Assembly (NCBI GenBank): GCA_013265495.1
Contig: MU058636.1
Location: forward strand, 2,232,001-2,296,000
Direction: 5' to 3'
Source: Vicugna vicugna
Lineage: Eukaryota
Length of the DNA: 64,000 nucleotides
Shown: one piece after another, positions 38,081-50,608 of the stretch
How positions within the stretch are numbered: position 1 is the stretch's first letter
Layout of the letters: the number at the start of each line of letters is the position of its first letter
The notes under the pieces: model-generated
What the model was told of the DNA's origin: nothing
The model's database searches: none
The model's input: the letters and a program-made list of their open reading frames with translations, nothing else
Made by a program: the position numbers and the translations under genes

Positions 38081-38664
38081 ATTAGATCAATCATTGGAAG
38101 ATTCTAACCAGGGAAAGATTGTAACCGTAGGAAGGAATCAGATTCTTATTTTAAAAAAAACTTAGGCGACAGTGGGAGGACCAGCAAAGAGGGGCAGGGA
38201 GAGGAGAAAGGGAAGCCAGTGAAGTGACAATTGCAGTAACTCAGTGAGAAGAGAGGACGACCTGGACCAGGAAGGCAGCTCTGTGGACAAAGAGGAGGCT
38301 CCCCGCTCTGGGGAGGCTGGGGTTTTATTCTCATTGCCTAACACAACGCTTGCCGTGCGTCAGGTGTTCAGGAAAGATTTACTGAATCAATGAATGAACG
38401 GATTGAAATCAATGAATGAATGCATGGGTTGCATGCTCAGGTAATCATAGTACTCTAGACAGCAGAACCTGTGTCCTGACACCAGGTAATACAACCAGCC
38501 TCTAAAGTAGAAGATCTTACCTGGAGGTCCCCCCGATTTCCTAGAGAATCCATGCATTGGTTTGGGTGGAAGGACTACAGATACCAAAAATTGAATGCAA
38601 AGTTTTTTGGTTCCATATGGTTTGGGGAGGGAGGTGATTAATGATTTTCATCAGAAACTCAATG

Positions 38665-38865
38665 GTGTTAACTGCTATATATAAAAATAGATAAAACAAG
38701 TTTCTTCTATATAGCACAGGGAACTATATTCAATATCTTGTAATAACTTTTAATGAAAAAGAATATGAAAATGAATATTGTATATATATGCATGACTGGG
38801 ACATTATACTGTACATATTGTAATTGACTATTGTAACTGACTATACTTCAATTAAAACAAAAACT
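38665..38865 (+). mobile_element. L1 extreme 3' end
   Basis: 'tatataaaaatagataaaacaagtttcttctatatagcacagggaactatattc...ctatacttcaattaaaac'. Confidence 0.9.
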
Positions 38866-38907
38866 TAACAGCATTGAATCCTCAAAGTTAACACATCTTT
38901 GCTTTGA

Positions 38908-39074
38908 AGCAGTGCTTCTTAAGTTGTGGTCCCCAGAAGAACATCTTCAGTATTATTTGGAAACTTTATTATAAATTCTCAGGCCCTCACTCAGAAACTG
39001 TGGGTGAGGAGCCCAGTATGTGTGTTGGCAAGTCTTGCCGGATCTTTCGGTGCACACTCAACTCTGAGAACCAT
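38908..39074. mobile_element. MER5A hAT-Charlie MITE
   Basis: Terminal 'cagtgcttcttaa...tgagaaccat' with typical MER5A body. Confidence 0.75.
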
Positions 39075-39134
39075 TAAAGAATTATAAATAGGATGCTGTG
39101 TTTCTAAATCTGTAGAAGTGAAAAACTAAAAGTC

Positions 39135-39435
39135 AGAGAGAGCCCAGAAATAAACCCTCACATTTACGGTCAAATGATTTTTGACAAGGGTGTCAAGACT
39201 GTTTAATGGGGAAAGGACAGTGTTTTCAGTCAACAGTGCTGGGAAAGCTGGATATTCACATGCAAAAGAATGAAACTGAACCCCTATCTAACTCCATCTC
39301 CAAAAATTAATTCCAGATGGATTAAGGGCCCAAATGTGAGACCTTAAACTCTTAGAAGAAAACACAAATCAAAAGCTTCTCGGAAATGGGTTTGGCAATG
39401 ATTTTCTTGGTTATGACACCAAAGGGCCAGGTAAC
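39135..39435 (+). mobile_element. Old L1 ORF2 fragment
   Basis: 'agcccagaaataaaccctcacatttacggtcaaatgatttttgacaaggg...gctggatattcacatgcaaaagaatgaa'. Confidence 0.85.
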
Positions 39436-39444
39436 AAGTGTCAG

Positions 39445-39696
39445 AGTGACCGACCCCCAACAAGAACCCACGCCACCGAGACTTCCGTGAGCGTCTCTGG
39501 TTAGTGACAAGCTCTGTTCGTCACACGTTGTTGCTGGGGGGAGCTGAAGCCCTCTGCACGTGTCCTCTGGGAGAAGACACTGGGACCTGGGCTTGGCCTC
39601 CCAGGACCCCATTTCGGTGCCTTCCCTGTGGCTGATTGTACCCTGTATCCTTTCTCTGTAAAGACCAAAACTGTGAGTAGAACAGCTTTTCTGAGC
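39445..39696 (+). mobile_element. MER21-like LTR fragment
   Basis: 'gtcacacgttgttgctggg...ctgggagaagacactgg...ctgtatcctttctctgtaa...tgtgagtagaacagcttttctgag'. Confidence 0.7.
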
Positions 39697-41929
39697 TAAT
39701 AAATAAATGCAATTAATTAATTAAAAGGCCGAGAGAGAGACACACACAGAGAGAAAGCATAGCAAATAGAAACCAAAAGTAGGTAGCAGAGTAAGTCCAA
39801 CTGTATCAGAACTCAAAATATATGCAAACATACTGAAGTCGCCAGTGAAAGATGGAGAGGCCCGGTGGATCGGTTACAAGCAGCAGCAAGCCTATGCATC
39901 ACCGAGGTTTACACTCGGAGAGGTTCTAGGCTAGTCCAGAGTCATGAGCCGGGGAGGAGAGAAGCAGGGGGCGCCCACGCTGTCCTCCCACCGTGCTGAG
40001 AGCGGGACCCGGATGCCCCGGGCCCTCTGCCACCGTCCTCCACTCCGAGGAGTTCGGGCGTGTGTGCAGGACTGCCATCAGTTATCCCCAGGCCAGCATG
40101 TCAGCACTTACTAAGCCATAAAAGTAATTCCTTTTTTATATATGATCACTCATCAAAGGCATTTGGTTTACTCTAGGAGGTTTTTATATGGCCTCAAATT
40201 AGTAAGTCTTTTTTTTTTTCTTTTGATAGCTTCAGCTTCAAGAAGCAAGAGAATTGGAGAAAGGTCAAGAGGCCCCTCGTAAAAGAACACAAGATAAGCA
40301 GCAGGATATGCGAAATGAGGCTCCCACGGAGCCCGGAAAAATGCAGGGACGAACCTCTGTGAACTGACAGAGCCGGCAGCTGGGGCTGGAAAAACGGGCT
40401 CGCAAGTCGAGATTGCTTTGATAATGAAAAGGACGAATTTGACCTAAGAGCAGAGGAGGTAACATCCCCAGGGGACTTTGAAGTCCCGTCTGTTTCCTGG
40501 GCTGAAAGGAGCTGGGATTTCTCCAGCGGCTCACAGGGATGGGCAGACAGCGGAAGATCTGACGCCGCGGGGAGGGCCCCCCGGGGAGCTTCAAGTGAGG
40601 AGGACCAGGCTGTTTGAAGTCGGGAGTACCAGACTTCACATTCGATGCTGCTGGATAATTTTGTTCAATTTTCCTGAGACTACATTTCTTTGTCTTTAAA
40701 ATGAGAACAGCCGAATCACCTCCCTGAGTTGCTAGGACGATGACATAAAGTGATATGGGAAAAGTCAGGGGGTAAAAGAGGAACTCCTTAAACGCCAGCT
40801 CCCCTTCCTCCAGTGTGGACTTCTGTGGATTCAAACTCATTTTGAATTTCTAGGTCTCCAGCAAATGTATTTAGTGCAGCACTAAGGACTAAATGTCACC
40901 TCTTGGGTATCCCCAAGTCTAAAAAGTCAGAAATGTTGAAATGTCTTCTCCTCTGAACTGTCCTGGGATGTCCTGACTTATCTTCTTACCCACTTCCCCT
41001 TCTGCGGTTCAGATATTCTCTCAGTATCTGTGTTTGTGAAGTTCCATCTCTAGCTCTGAATTTCCTCCACAGTTCTCGTGGCCGAGGTCCAGACAGCCTG
41101 CCTGCATGTCCCTCTCCCTCACCCAACACTCCGTTTGTTTTGCCAGCAAGTACGTATGGAATGCCGCGAAGTGCCAAGTCCTGTGCCCAGACCATCGTTT
41201 CCAGCTAAATTAGAAACAGTTCAACCCTCAAGGAGCTCCTGTCCATGGAGAGAGGGATTCTGTGATGATGGTGGTACCTGATCTGCTGCATCCTGTTGCC
41301 CGGGAGACGCAGCAGGGCCAGGCACTGCCTGAGGACCGAGGAGAATCAATCCAGGACCAAAGAAACAAGCATCGCCCGAGCTGCTAGGGTCCAGCCATGC
41401 CAGAGGGCCTGTCGGGCAAGGCTCCACCAGGAGTTCCTGGCCGGGGGCTGTCCACTCTGCAGACAGAACGTGAAGCCCTCGCAGCCCGACGTGGCCCGGG
41501 AGGCAGAGCAGACAGGAGGGGGTGATCCGCCGGGGCCAAGCTGCAGGGGCTTAGATGTCACCAGCATCCAGCATCTAGCCTGTGGGATGTGGGAAGCCCG
41601 ATGCTGCATCCTGGCACCCCAAGGCCTCAGGGGCTTGCTTGGGAAAAGATAAGAAGTGAGTTGTGGGAAGGTTGTGTGGGTTGTGGGTCCAGGGATTCTG
41701 GCAATGCCTCAGCAAAAGGGAAGCTGTCCTGCACTCAGAATGCTCGCCAGGCAACCTGGAGGGCCTGGGACTCCGCCACCCAGCAGCACTGCAGAAACCA
41801 GATCACTGGGGAGACTTCACAAAGGGGTGAACGGACTGGACAGGTAACTGAACAGCTGTAACACATGGCCGTGTTGCTCAGAAATCACCGTGCTCACTGT
41901 CACTGGGCAACGTGATGCGGTGAAGAAAA

Positions 41930-42110
41930 CATGGCCTGGGGTCAGACCTGCCAGGTTAGATCGCAGCTCAGAGGTGTAGCAGCGGGTGATCAGGGCCTCA
42001 GGGTCCTGATCTGTCAACTGGGGCTGCAGGAGGCTTTACTGAGAATCGATGTATGAAAATACATCATAGTATATACTGGTATAGATTAAAGGTTCAACAA
42101 ATGGTCATTA
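41930..42110 (+). mobile_element. MIR fragment
   Basis: 'gggtcagacctgccaggttagatc...gggcctcagggtcctgatctgtcaactggg...aggttcaacaaatgg'. Confidence 0.5.
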
Positions 42111-43315
42111 TGATGATTATTATTGAGAGATAAGCCCAGTGAGTTTTGTCCTCTCCCTCGTGGTCTCTTTTGCCACCAGGTCACTAGACGAGTCCTCTGT
42201 GAGCTCTCCTGTCTCTGCTCCCCTCCGGTCGCTGCCCTCTGCCTCCTTATGTGCAGAGCTGGCCCTCCTCACTCCAGCTGAAGGGGGCCTCTCCCACCCC
42301 TGAACTCCCATCACGTGTCATGTACACACGTCCCGTTCTGCTTGGCAACACGGTTTCCCAGCCCCTGTCCTTGACTCCGTCCTGCAAATGAACGCAGAGA
42401 CCAGGCCATTTGGTTCCCGATCAGCACCCAGCAGACTGCCCTGCACCGCCTGTGCTCATCAGGTACTAAGTGTCACTGCAAAAAACAGTGAGTACATAGC
42501 ATATGTGTCAACAAATGAAATTGCTTTTCTCCTACACAGTTCCTTGTACTAACCCTCCAAGACGTAGGGGAATAAAGGTTATCTAAGCCCATTTCCCATG
42601 GACTGTATCCTCAGAGAGCATGCAGTTAGCACCTAAGTGCCCCTGTCACCCTTCAAAGCAGGCCACCAGACCACATATTCTGGTCCTTGTTTTTTGGAAT
42701 TCAGTATACAAAACAGAACCTGATGCCACATTCCAGGGCTATGACAAGTCAAATCCCAATTCTGTGAACTCCAAGAGATCATAAAATACATCATAACAAA
42801 GATTACTTCTAATAAGAGAGTCTGGATGCCTAGGGTTTTGAAATCTTCTTGGTTTGTCAAATAGACACTCAGTTATAATCTAATTTCCCTTGTGGCACCC
42901 CTAGCAAACTTTGTAAATACCAAGGATGTTGTCGGTGGGGGAGATGGGTGGGACTGTTAGAAATGCCGTGGGGTGGAAAACATACTAGAGATTAAGGAAA
43001 AATGTACAAAGGAAATGAGGACAGAATAGGCAAAATGAAGAACTGGATGAAGTCTTGGTGGAATGATGCTCTGTCCTGGTCCTGAGGTCTTTCTTCCTCT
43101 TAGTATTTCTTTACCCAGGCCTGGACAGATTGTAAACATAGCAGAGTCAGCTGAGAAATCCAGGAAGCAGAGTAGACTGGTTGCAGAAATACTTGTAGGC
43201 TTTCCCTGGTGAGGCTATTCCTCTTCTAAAGAACTCCAAGAAGGTGCCTGCTTATCTAGAAGAGTAACATCAGAAAAGGCTTTTCCTTTCCTGCCAATTT
43301 CTACTCATCTCGAAT

Positions 43316-43448
43316 TTCTTTTCTTTTCTTTTCTTTCTTTCTTTCTTCCTTCCTTCCTTTCTTTCTTTCTACTGGAAGTTCTGGGGATTGAACCCAGGAC
43401 CTTGTGTATGCTAAGCACATGCTCTACCACTGAGCTCTACCCTCCCCC
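43316..43448 (-). mobile_element. tRNA-derived SINE (Vic-1-like) with (TTTC)n/(TTCC)n tail
   Basis: 'ggggattgaacccaggaccttgtgtatgctaagcacatgctctaccactgagctctaccctcccc'; approximate TSD actcatc. Confidence 0.9.
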
Positions 43449-44955
43449 TCCACTCATCACAGTCTCTACTAACTGAGACAACTCTAAATCTCAACTAATG
43501 ATCGGCACAGAGTAGTTCCTCAGGAAAATAGCTTGGAACAGATCGCTGTCTTGTCTGATGGCTGCTGGCTTCGGTTCCGATGCCCGCCACAGTAAATCGT
43601 GTCCTGTGCATTTGAGGGTAAAATGTCGTTCACGTTAGAGATTGCGCCAGGACATGGAGGGCGGCTGGCTCTGTGGGATCTGAACAGCTTTTTGATAGGG
43701 GAGCTTCCGCAGGTTGCGGTGTATCTCTTCCAGATGTTCTGCTGTGTGTCTGCTAGAAGAAATACGAGCAGACAAAACATAGCTCATTTTACCTTAAAAA
43801 AAAGGGAGGCTACCATGCCCCAGGGCACAAGTGACAGACAATAAACTAGCAAATACCAGTGAACTGTTGGAACTGGGTTTTTGCTGGGCCATGGATGGAA
43901 ACACATTTGCACCTAATAAACAGGAAATGACGAGTAAATGGAGGGAACGGCACACAAATGGTGACTACTACCTGTGTCTTTAAGTAACTCCTGGGCTAGG
44001 GAGAGGTGGGTACATGGCAAGTCTGGTGCTCTGTTCCAGCTATGTGGACACACAGCAGCAAATCCTACAACAAGCCCATAGGTGTGTTGAGAAAACCGTG
44101 ATTTACGTAGGTGTACCTGGCGCACATGGAATTTCAGCCTCTGTCAAAACACACATTCTTAGGGAAACGTTCAGATCGAGTGTTTGCGTCACCATGTTTA
44201 TGAAGCACTGGTGATTCTGGCTCCATGCTTCCTAAAGGGAACCAGCCTAAATGCTGCCCTGAGAGGTTTTCCTGTAGCTGGTGAAGGCCACTGTCCCTCA
44301 CCTCACTAGGTCCCCGCTTGCTGATGCCGCCAGGTTTTCTGCCAGAGAAAGGCCCCTGCTCGGCACCTGGGACGTCAGTGAGAGCCTCAGGGAGCAGCAG
44401 AAAATTAAGACCCAATCTGATGGAGCGTCACTCCTGGGGCCTTAGCTGTTTATTTTCTCACATTCCTCCTGCCCTCCGCCTTGTAAGTCACCTTCTGCCC
44501 CTTCTGCGGCACTCTTGCTGCAAAGCAGAACCAGCAGAAATGAACACAAGGCCACAGAGGAAGCAGGCTGGGGAGAGGTTGGGACTCAAGCCCCGGGCTG
44601 GGTGGAAGGTCCAGGCCAAAGGAGCCGTCATGTGGTCCAGGGACAGGATGGCTCGGAGGGGACTGAGAAACAGGCCCAGGAGCTCCAAGCAGGGCAGAGC
44701 ACGCGCCATCCACAGGCAAGGGAATGGGAGAGGAAGGTCTACACAACCAGAGGAGTTAGGCTGGACCAAGCGGAGGTTCACCTGTCTTCCAGAAGTTTTT
44801 GACAAAAGACAGGCAACAAATTCTAGCAATCATGTTACCCGGAGAGGCGGCCTCACCTGAGTGAGGGTACGCATGTGTGTACATATTTGAAAATGTTTTA
44901 TCAAAAATGATCATTTGGCGATAGAAAGTAATATGACGTCCTTCCCTAGCCCCTT

Positions 44956-45033
44956 ACACATGCGCGCGTGTGCACACGCACACACGCACACATACATACA
45001 CACTCTCATACACACACACACACACACACACAC
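44956..45033 (+). repeat. Compound (GC)/(AC) microsatellite
   Basis: Seen directly. Confidence 0.9.
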
Positions 45034-45469
45034 TCAGTGAATATTCCTCACTAGAAACTTCTTTCCACTGGTCTGGCCACTACTGCACACTTGCTTTATA
45101 AGAAGGCAAAGGAAGATTGCTCTAAGAAAAAAGTAAATTAAGTGGTTAAAATTTTTAAAAATTTCTAATAATGCTTGTTATTTCAGCATTATAGCTTCAT
45201 TCCTTGGGATCTTTATGAGTTCCTATTTAAAATTTTAAATACCTTGGGTCAGAGGCAGAGGGTAGTCCCTCAGGCCATCAGTAAGTTAATGGGGCCAGTC
45301 ATTCTAGAGGTTGTCCTGGGGATCTTTAGCTCTGAATTATTTCGACAACTCAGATACCCCGGCCTGGCCTTGTGTTGCCCAGGGCCCCAGGCTTGCTATG
45401 CTGGGACTTAGATTTCACCGAGGTAAACTGGCTGACTTAGGTCCCAGGACATAAGCCTAGCTAGAGATT

Positions 45470-46000
45470 CATAGGCCAACAATGAAAATTAAAAAGCAAA
45501 CAACATATTGGGAACATATTTGCCATTTGTGACAAAGGCTAATTGCCTAAATACAAAAAGAGCTCACACAAATCGATAGAAGAGGAACACTGCAGTAGAA
45601 AATCAGCAGCAAGGACAACCAGCCCCCGTCCACCCTCACACACTCACACCCTCACACACACACACACTCACACACACACACTCACACACACACACACACA
45701 CACACTGACACACTCACACACACAAATGAAGCGACAATTCAGAAGGGAAGAAATACAACATGATTTTAAAAAGCAAAGAAAAAAACAGTTTAACCTCACA
45801 GGTAATTAAAGAAATGCAAACTAAAGCAACAATGGGATACTTTACTGCTTATCAAATTAGCAAACACTTTGTTTTGTTTTATTAACGATAAATTTGGTAT
45901 TGGCAGGCATTCAGGAAAATAAATCTCTTTTACACTGTTTGTATGAGTGTAAATTGGCACAACCTTTCTTGGGGGAGATTTGGGATATTTACGCGAGGCC
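45470..46000 (+). mobile_element. Old L1ME-like ORF2 3' fragment containing an imperfect (CA)n tract at 45635-45724
   Basis: 'gggaacatatttgcc...aaagaaatgcaaactaaagcaacaatgggatac...gagtgtaaattggcacaacc'. Confidence 0.65.
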
Positions 46001-46309
46001 CTTTAACCCAGCATTTCTTTATATGTACACCACAGGCAATTGGTGAAATGGCTATGATACAACCACATGTCACCGTTAAAAATGATGCTGTAGAAGAAAC
46101 ATCCACTGCCACTGCTAACAATGTAGATTATAAATGAACATGTTTAGTACAAATATAATTTTTGATGAAAATATATATATGGGCCTCAAGAATCAGACTC
46201 TCTGTGATATAAAATGACTAACTTTGACATTTATTTTGCTTCCATGAATAAGTCTACTTTAAAAGCTAACACAAAGAATTTCCCCAGCAGTAATTAGTTT
46301 ATTCTATAA

Positions 46310-46830
46310 ATATTTATTAATCTCTTTTTATGAGCCAGACTCTATTCTAGATGAGAGATACAGAAATAAGACAAAATTCTAGTCTTTGCCCCTTTTGGCA
46401 GGGAACAGAGATGATAAGTAGAACATACAGAAGTAAGAGAGTGACAACTTCAAAAAGAAAAGAAAAGAGTTTACAGTGATAGAGACTGTCAACAGTCCAG
46501 GGGACAACATTAGATATGATGGCCGGTCTGATGGAATTATAGTTGAGTTGAGAGCAGACTGGGGAGAAGTCTAGAACCATGAGAGAAGCATTCTGGTGGG
46601 ACAGAGAGCAAGTGCAAAGGCCCCGAGGCAGGAACAGTATTCTAATGACTAAGGAACAGAAGTAAGTTAGATCAGTGTGGTGAGAATCTGTATACAAAAG
46701 TGAGCAAGAGGGTGGTAAGAGATGAGGTCAGAGAATCAGGCAGGGGTCAGACCATGGAGATGCTTGGGCCAGGAAAGGATGTTAAATTTTATTCTAGGGC
46801 AATGGGAAGCCATCAGAGGACTTCATTGAT
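46310..46830 (-). mobile_element. L2 3' region
   Basis: 'aaatatttatta...tgagccagactctattctag...gagcaagtgcaaaggccccgaggcagga...gcaatgggaagccatcagagg'. Confidence 0.75.
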
Positions 46831-47094
46831 AATTTGATAAAATGTATTTTTTAAGGATAAAAATAAAATACAAACTTTTGGTAATACACAGTTAATACAT
46901 TAACTCCACATATATAATTTTATTTAATAAAACAATTCTTCAGGGTAGGTATTACTTATTCTCTTCCTAGACGTTGAGTGACTTGCCACAGCCACAAAGC
47001 TGGTTGGTGGAATGACTGGGATGAGAAACTGGGCTCCTGCATCCCAGGTAAATCATTACAAATAAAAATAAAAACCAGTTTTATAAAATAAAAG

Positions 47095-47292
47095 TGCATA
47101 ACATGCAGCACGGGGAATACAGTCAGTCATATTGTAATAACTGGGCATGGTGAAACGTCTAGACTTACGGTGATGATTTTGAAATGCACATAAATATCAA
47201 ATCACCATGATGGACACTTGAAACTAATATGATACTGTATAACAAGTCAATTAAAACTGAAGTCAATACTTCAATTTAATTTAAAAAAAAAG
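47095..47292 (+). mobile_element. L1 (L1MA-like) extreme 3' end
   Basis: 'cagcacggggaatacagtcagtcatattgtaataac...acacttgaaactaatatgatactgtat' followed by an A-tail. Confidence 0.8.
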
Positions 47293-48119
47293 AGAAAAAA
47301 CGGTCTGCAATACTGAATGCTAGTCAGTTGGTGTGGTGGCTAAAATTCATATGTTAGCATTCCCGTATGAGTACGCTGAACGAACAAATGAATTCTCCCA
47401 CCTCCACTTCCCCCAGTACAGGCTTTTAAGGAAGCAACCTAGGGACTCAGCCTGCGCCTCCCAGGTTATCACAGCAGCACTGGAAAATCTGAGACTTTTG
47501 CAACATTTGGCACCTGCACTTCAGATGACCCTCAGGCCTTTTGAAAGACTGGCCTAAGTATACTGAACGCAACCTCTCTTCTGAGAGGGCCGCCCAGCCC
47601 TGCCTCCCTGGGTGCGAGCTGTAGGACTGAGCACTTACTTCCAAAGCAGAGGGACTGCCTCAGGCCGCGCCCCAGCGACATCCCGCTTCCAGTCGGGATG
47701 GGGAGAAATATCTGTCTCGGGCTGCGACCTGTTCTTTCACCACCGCAGAGGCCGACGGAGCCACGGCCATCAGCTGAGCCTTCTCCAGCCGCTGCCAAGG
47801 CCGGCCTGCGCCTCCTTCTCTCTGACGGAGCCCCGACAGCCACTTGCTGGCACTTCTCCTCGTGGGGCCTCGGAACCTTACTCCCCTCCCAGTCCATCCT
47901 TGGCTTTTTCCAGCTCATTCTTGGGGCAGCCGTGAGCTGCAAGCATCCTATTCACTCAACGGTCTCTGTTTTATCTCTGAGTTCCCCAAATGCTGCCCTC
48001 GGTTAGCTGGACGTCCCCTGGCCTGGGACTTGCCAGCCTCTGCTTACATGTTTGTGCACTCTAGCTGTTCTGTAAGGCCCTTCACACATCTGTCTCTCTG
48101 GGATCTGAGTTCAGCCTTT

Positions 48120-48960
48120 ATAAATGAGCAAATGAGATGTCTAGAGTAGTCAAACTCATAGAGACAGAAAGTAGAGTGGGGGTTGCCAGGGGCTGACGGG
48201 AGGGGGATGGAGAGCCGTTTAATGGGAGGTTCAGTTTTACAAGATGAAAAACTTTTGGAGATTGGCTGCACACCAGTGTGAATGTATTTAACACTCCTAA
48301 CATGCACACTTAAATCTGGTAATTTTTTTACCACAATGTAAAAAAGGAAAGACAATTAGATACTGCATTCTTCCCAAGGAAGAACATACCATCACCTGTG
48401 AAATAGTCTTGTCAAAAAATTCAAACCAGTTTAAATCTGCTCAAGACTCTGGACTTAACTACCAATTTACAGAAAATGCAGAAAGAGGCAGATGTTAAGC
48501 AACGTCACATGGAAACAATCAGCAAAACCCAGTCTGTTGGAAACTCTACCGGAAAAACAGGGTTTCTTCATTAAAAAAAATTGCAAAAAAAAAAAAAAGT
48601 AGGCGGAGGAGAAAATCGCAGAGTTAAAGAGTCTCAAAAACCAATTGCTATGCTTGGTGTTATTTGGATGCTGATTCAAATAAATCATAAAAATGTGTGA
48701 TACAGTCAGGGAATATTGGATGATGTTCAGACGTCTAATGGATATTTATGAGCCCTTATCTTCTGAAAATAGATACTGAAGTATTTATGGGTGAAATAGT
48801 ATAATAATATTTGGGACTTGCTTCAAAATAATTTGGGCTGGGGAAGTCGGAGGGTATAGGTGAAACAAGACTGGCTGTGAGTTTGTAGTAATTAAAGCTG
48901 GCTGATAGGAGCTACTATTCTTCTGTCTTTATGTTGGACATTTTCCATAATTCAAAGTTT
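48120..48960 (+). mobile_element. Old L1 3' fragments (L1MB followed by L1MD/ME-like)
   Basis: 'tctagagtagtcaaactcatagagacagaaagtaga...' and 'tactgaagtatttatgggtgaaat...ttgcttcaaaataat...ttttccataa'. Confidence 0.75.
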
Positions 48961-49904
48961 CCTTTCTAAAAATTAACCTTGTATTCCACTCAAAGCGTGT
49001 CTCCTCTTCCCCAGCAGTTGAGCCCAGGGGGCGGGGCTGTGGTCTGCAGACCCTGTCCCTGGGCGTCCAGGGGAGTCTCCCGGAACATCTGTGGCTTCTC
49101 CACGTGAGCCCTCAGCTGGCCTTCCCTGCCACATTCTCTCCAGCACGGAGGGCTGGCTCTGGCACAAGTGGGGACTCTCTCCAGCCACAGTCCCGCAACA
49201 GCAACCTTGGGTGAGGGACCTGAAGAGAGCTTAGGTCCAGCCATCTACTGAGCTGCCTGCAAAACCCACGGAACTCCAGGTGTCCCTTCTGTGTCAAAGG
49301 GAACTGCAGCTGCCCGAGTGGGACACCTGCTCTTTGCCGTCTCTCCCACACCTTTCCCCACATCCGACTGGCATCAGACAGTGTCTGGGCAACTTGTACA
49401 CAGAAGACAGAATGGGGGCTGAGTTAGGGTCCAGCTGGGCACGCCTGGTCTTCACAGTGGATTATCTTGGCGTTTCTCTCCCTCACTTCCTCAATGAATG
49501 AATAAATGATAAAAGACTCCACGTGAAGTATAGCCAGGCTGAGCCTGCGGTCATTTCTACCAGCCCAGTGTCCCAAGCAGGAGGAGCCTGGACTTCATGT
49601 GATGTCTGCAACTGGCAACCGGAGTAAGCTTGGGTTTGTTTGTTTGTTTTTTCCAAATAACTGTGTTTTATGAAAAAAAATCTACTTATTAATTAAGTAT
49701 TTCAACTGGGGGGTATTTTACAGATAGCAAGAGCTGCAAGGGTGCCGGGATCATAAAGTTGCTACCAGATCATCAGTGCATTACTTGGATAAATTTCCTG
49801 CTATGGAAGCATCTTTCCCAGCACAAAACAAAGGCAGAGTCAAGACGCACACACAGCACAGCCAGCAGAGAAGAGGTCGGCGGATACCACTGACTGGCAC
49901 AGGC

Positions 49905-50024
49905 AGAATGCTAAGTGTTTTGTAGATGTTACCTCACATAATCCCCACAACAGTCGCACATGGTCTGCATCATTATTCCCACTAAGAGATGAGGCAACCA
50001 AAGCTTAGAGAAGTTACTTGAGTT
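49905..50024 (-). mobile_element. MIR fragment
   Basis: 'gctaagtgttttgtagatgttacctcacataatccccacaaca...agatgaggcaaccaaagcttagagaagtta'. Confidence 0.7.
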
Positions 50025-50230
50025 AGATAGGGGCAGGGGATTAAGAGATACAGTCTACTACGTATAAAACAGACAAGCAACAGGGATATATTGTACGGCA
50101 CAGGGAACTGCAGCCATTATTTTTTAGTAACTTTTAATGGAGCATAATCTATAAAAATACTAAATCAATATGCTGTACACCTGAAGCTCATATAATAATG
50201 TCAACCAACTATATTTCAATAAATAAAAAA
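50025..50230 (+). mobile_element. L1 terminal 3' piece with poly(A) (part of the rearranged L1, see findings)
   Basis: 'gataggggcaggggattaagagatacag...gctgtacacctgaagct...tatatttcaataaataaaaaa'. Confidence 0.9.
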
Positions 50231-50480
50231 GATTCTATTTGTTTTGACAAACAAAGGAGACGAACAAAACAAACCCGGATCCTGTGCTAAACATGTTACC
50301 TCAGGCTGTCAAGGCTAACAGACTGAAAACGTCTGTAGACTTTTTCCATGTAAATTCCACTCTTTGACGTGTTTCGCTTGACTCTAGGGTCACGTGGTAG
50401 ATTCAAGCCAACTTTCTTATAGCTTCAAAATTCACTCATTGTGAACAGAAGGGACCAGAGTGTTACCTTTCTGAAGACAG

Positions 50481-50608
50481 TAATCCCCTCCCCCTATCTT
50501 GCCCCTCCCACCTCCCTCTCCCGACTGGTAACTAGTTTGTTTTCTGCATCTGTGAGTCTGTCTCTGTTTTGTTATATACATTCGTTTGCTTTATAGTTTA
50601 AATTCCAC
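50481..50608 (-). mobile_element. L1 3'UTR piece, antisense (part of the rearranged L1)
   Basis: Reverse complement reads 'tgtggaatttaaac...acagactcacagatgcagaaaacaaactagttaccag...gggaggggcaagatagggggaggggatta'. Confidence 0.9.

Noticed and set aside
40265..40840. 191-aa minus-strand ORF (also 44318..44860 and 6238..6780)
   Set aside because: No recognisable domain or splice context; lengths are compatible with chance, and 6238..6780 overlaps an L1 relic.
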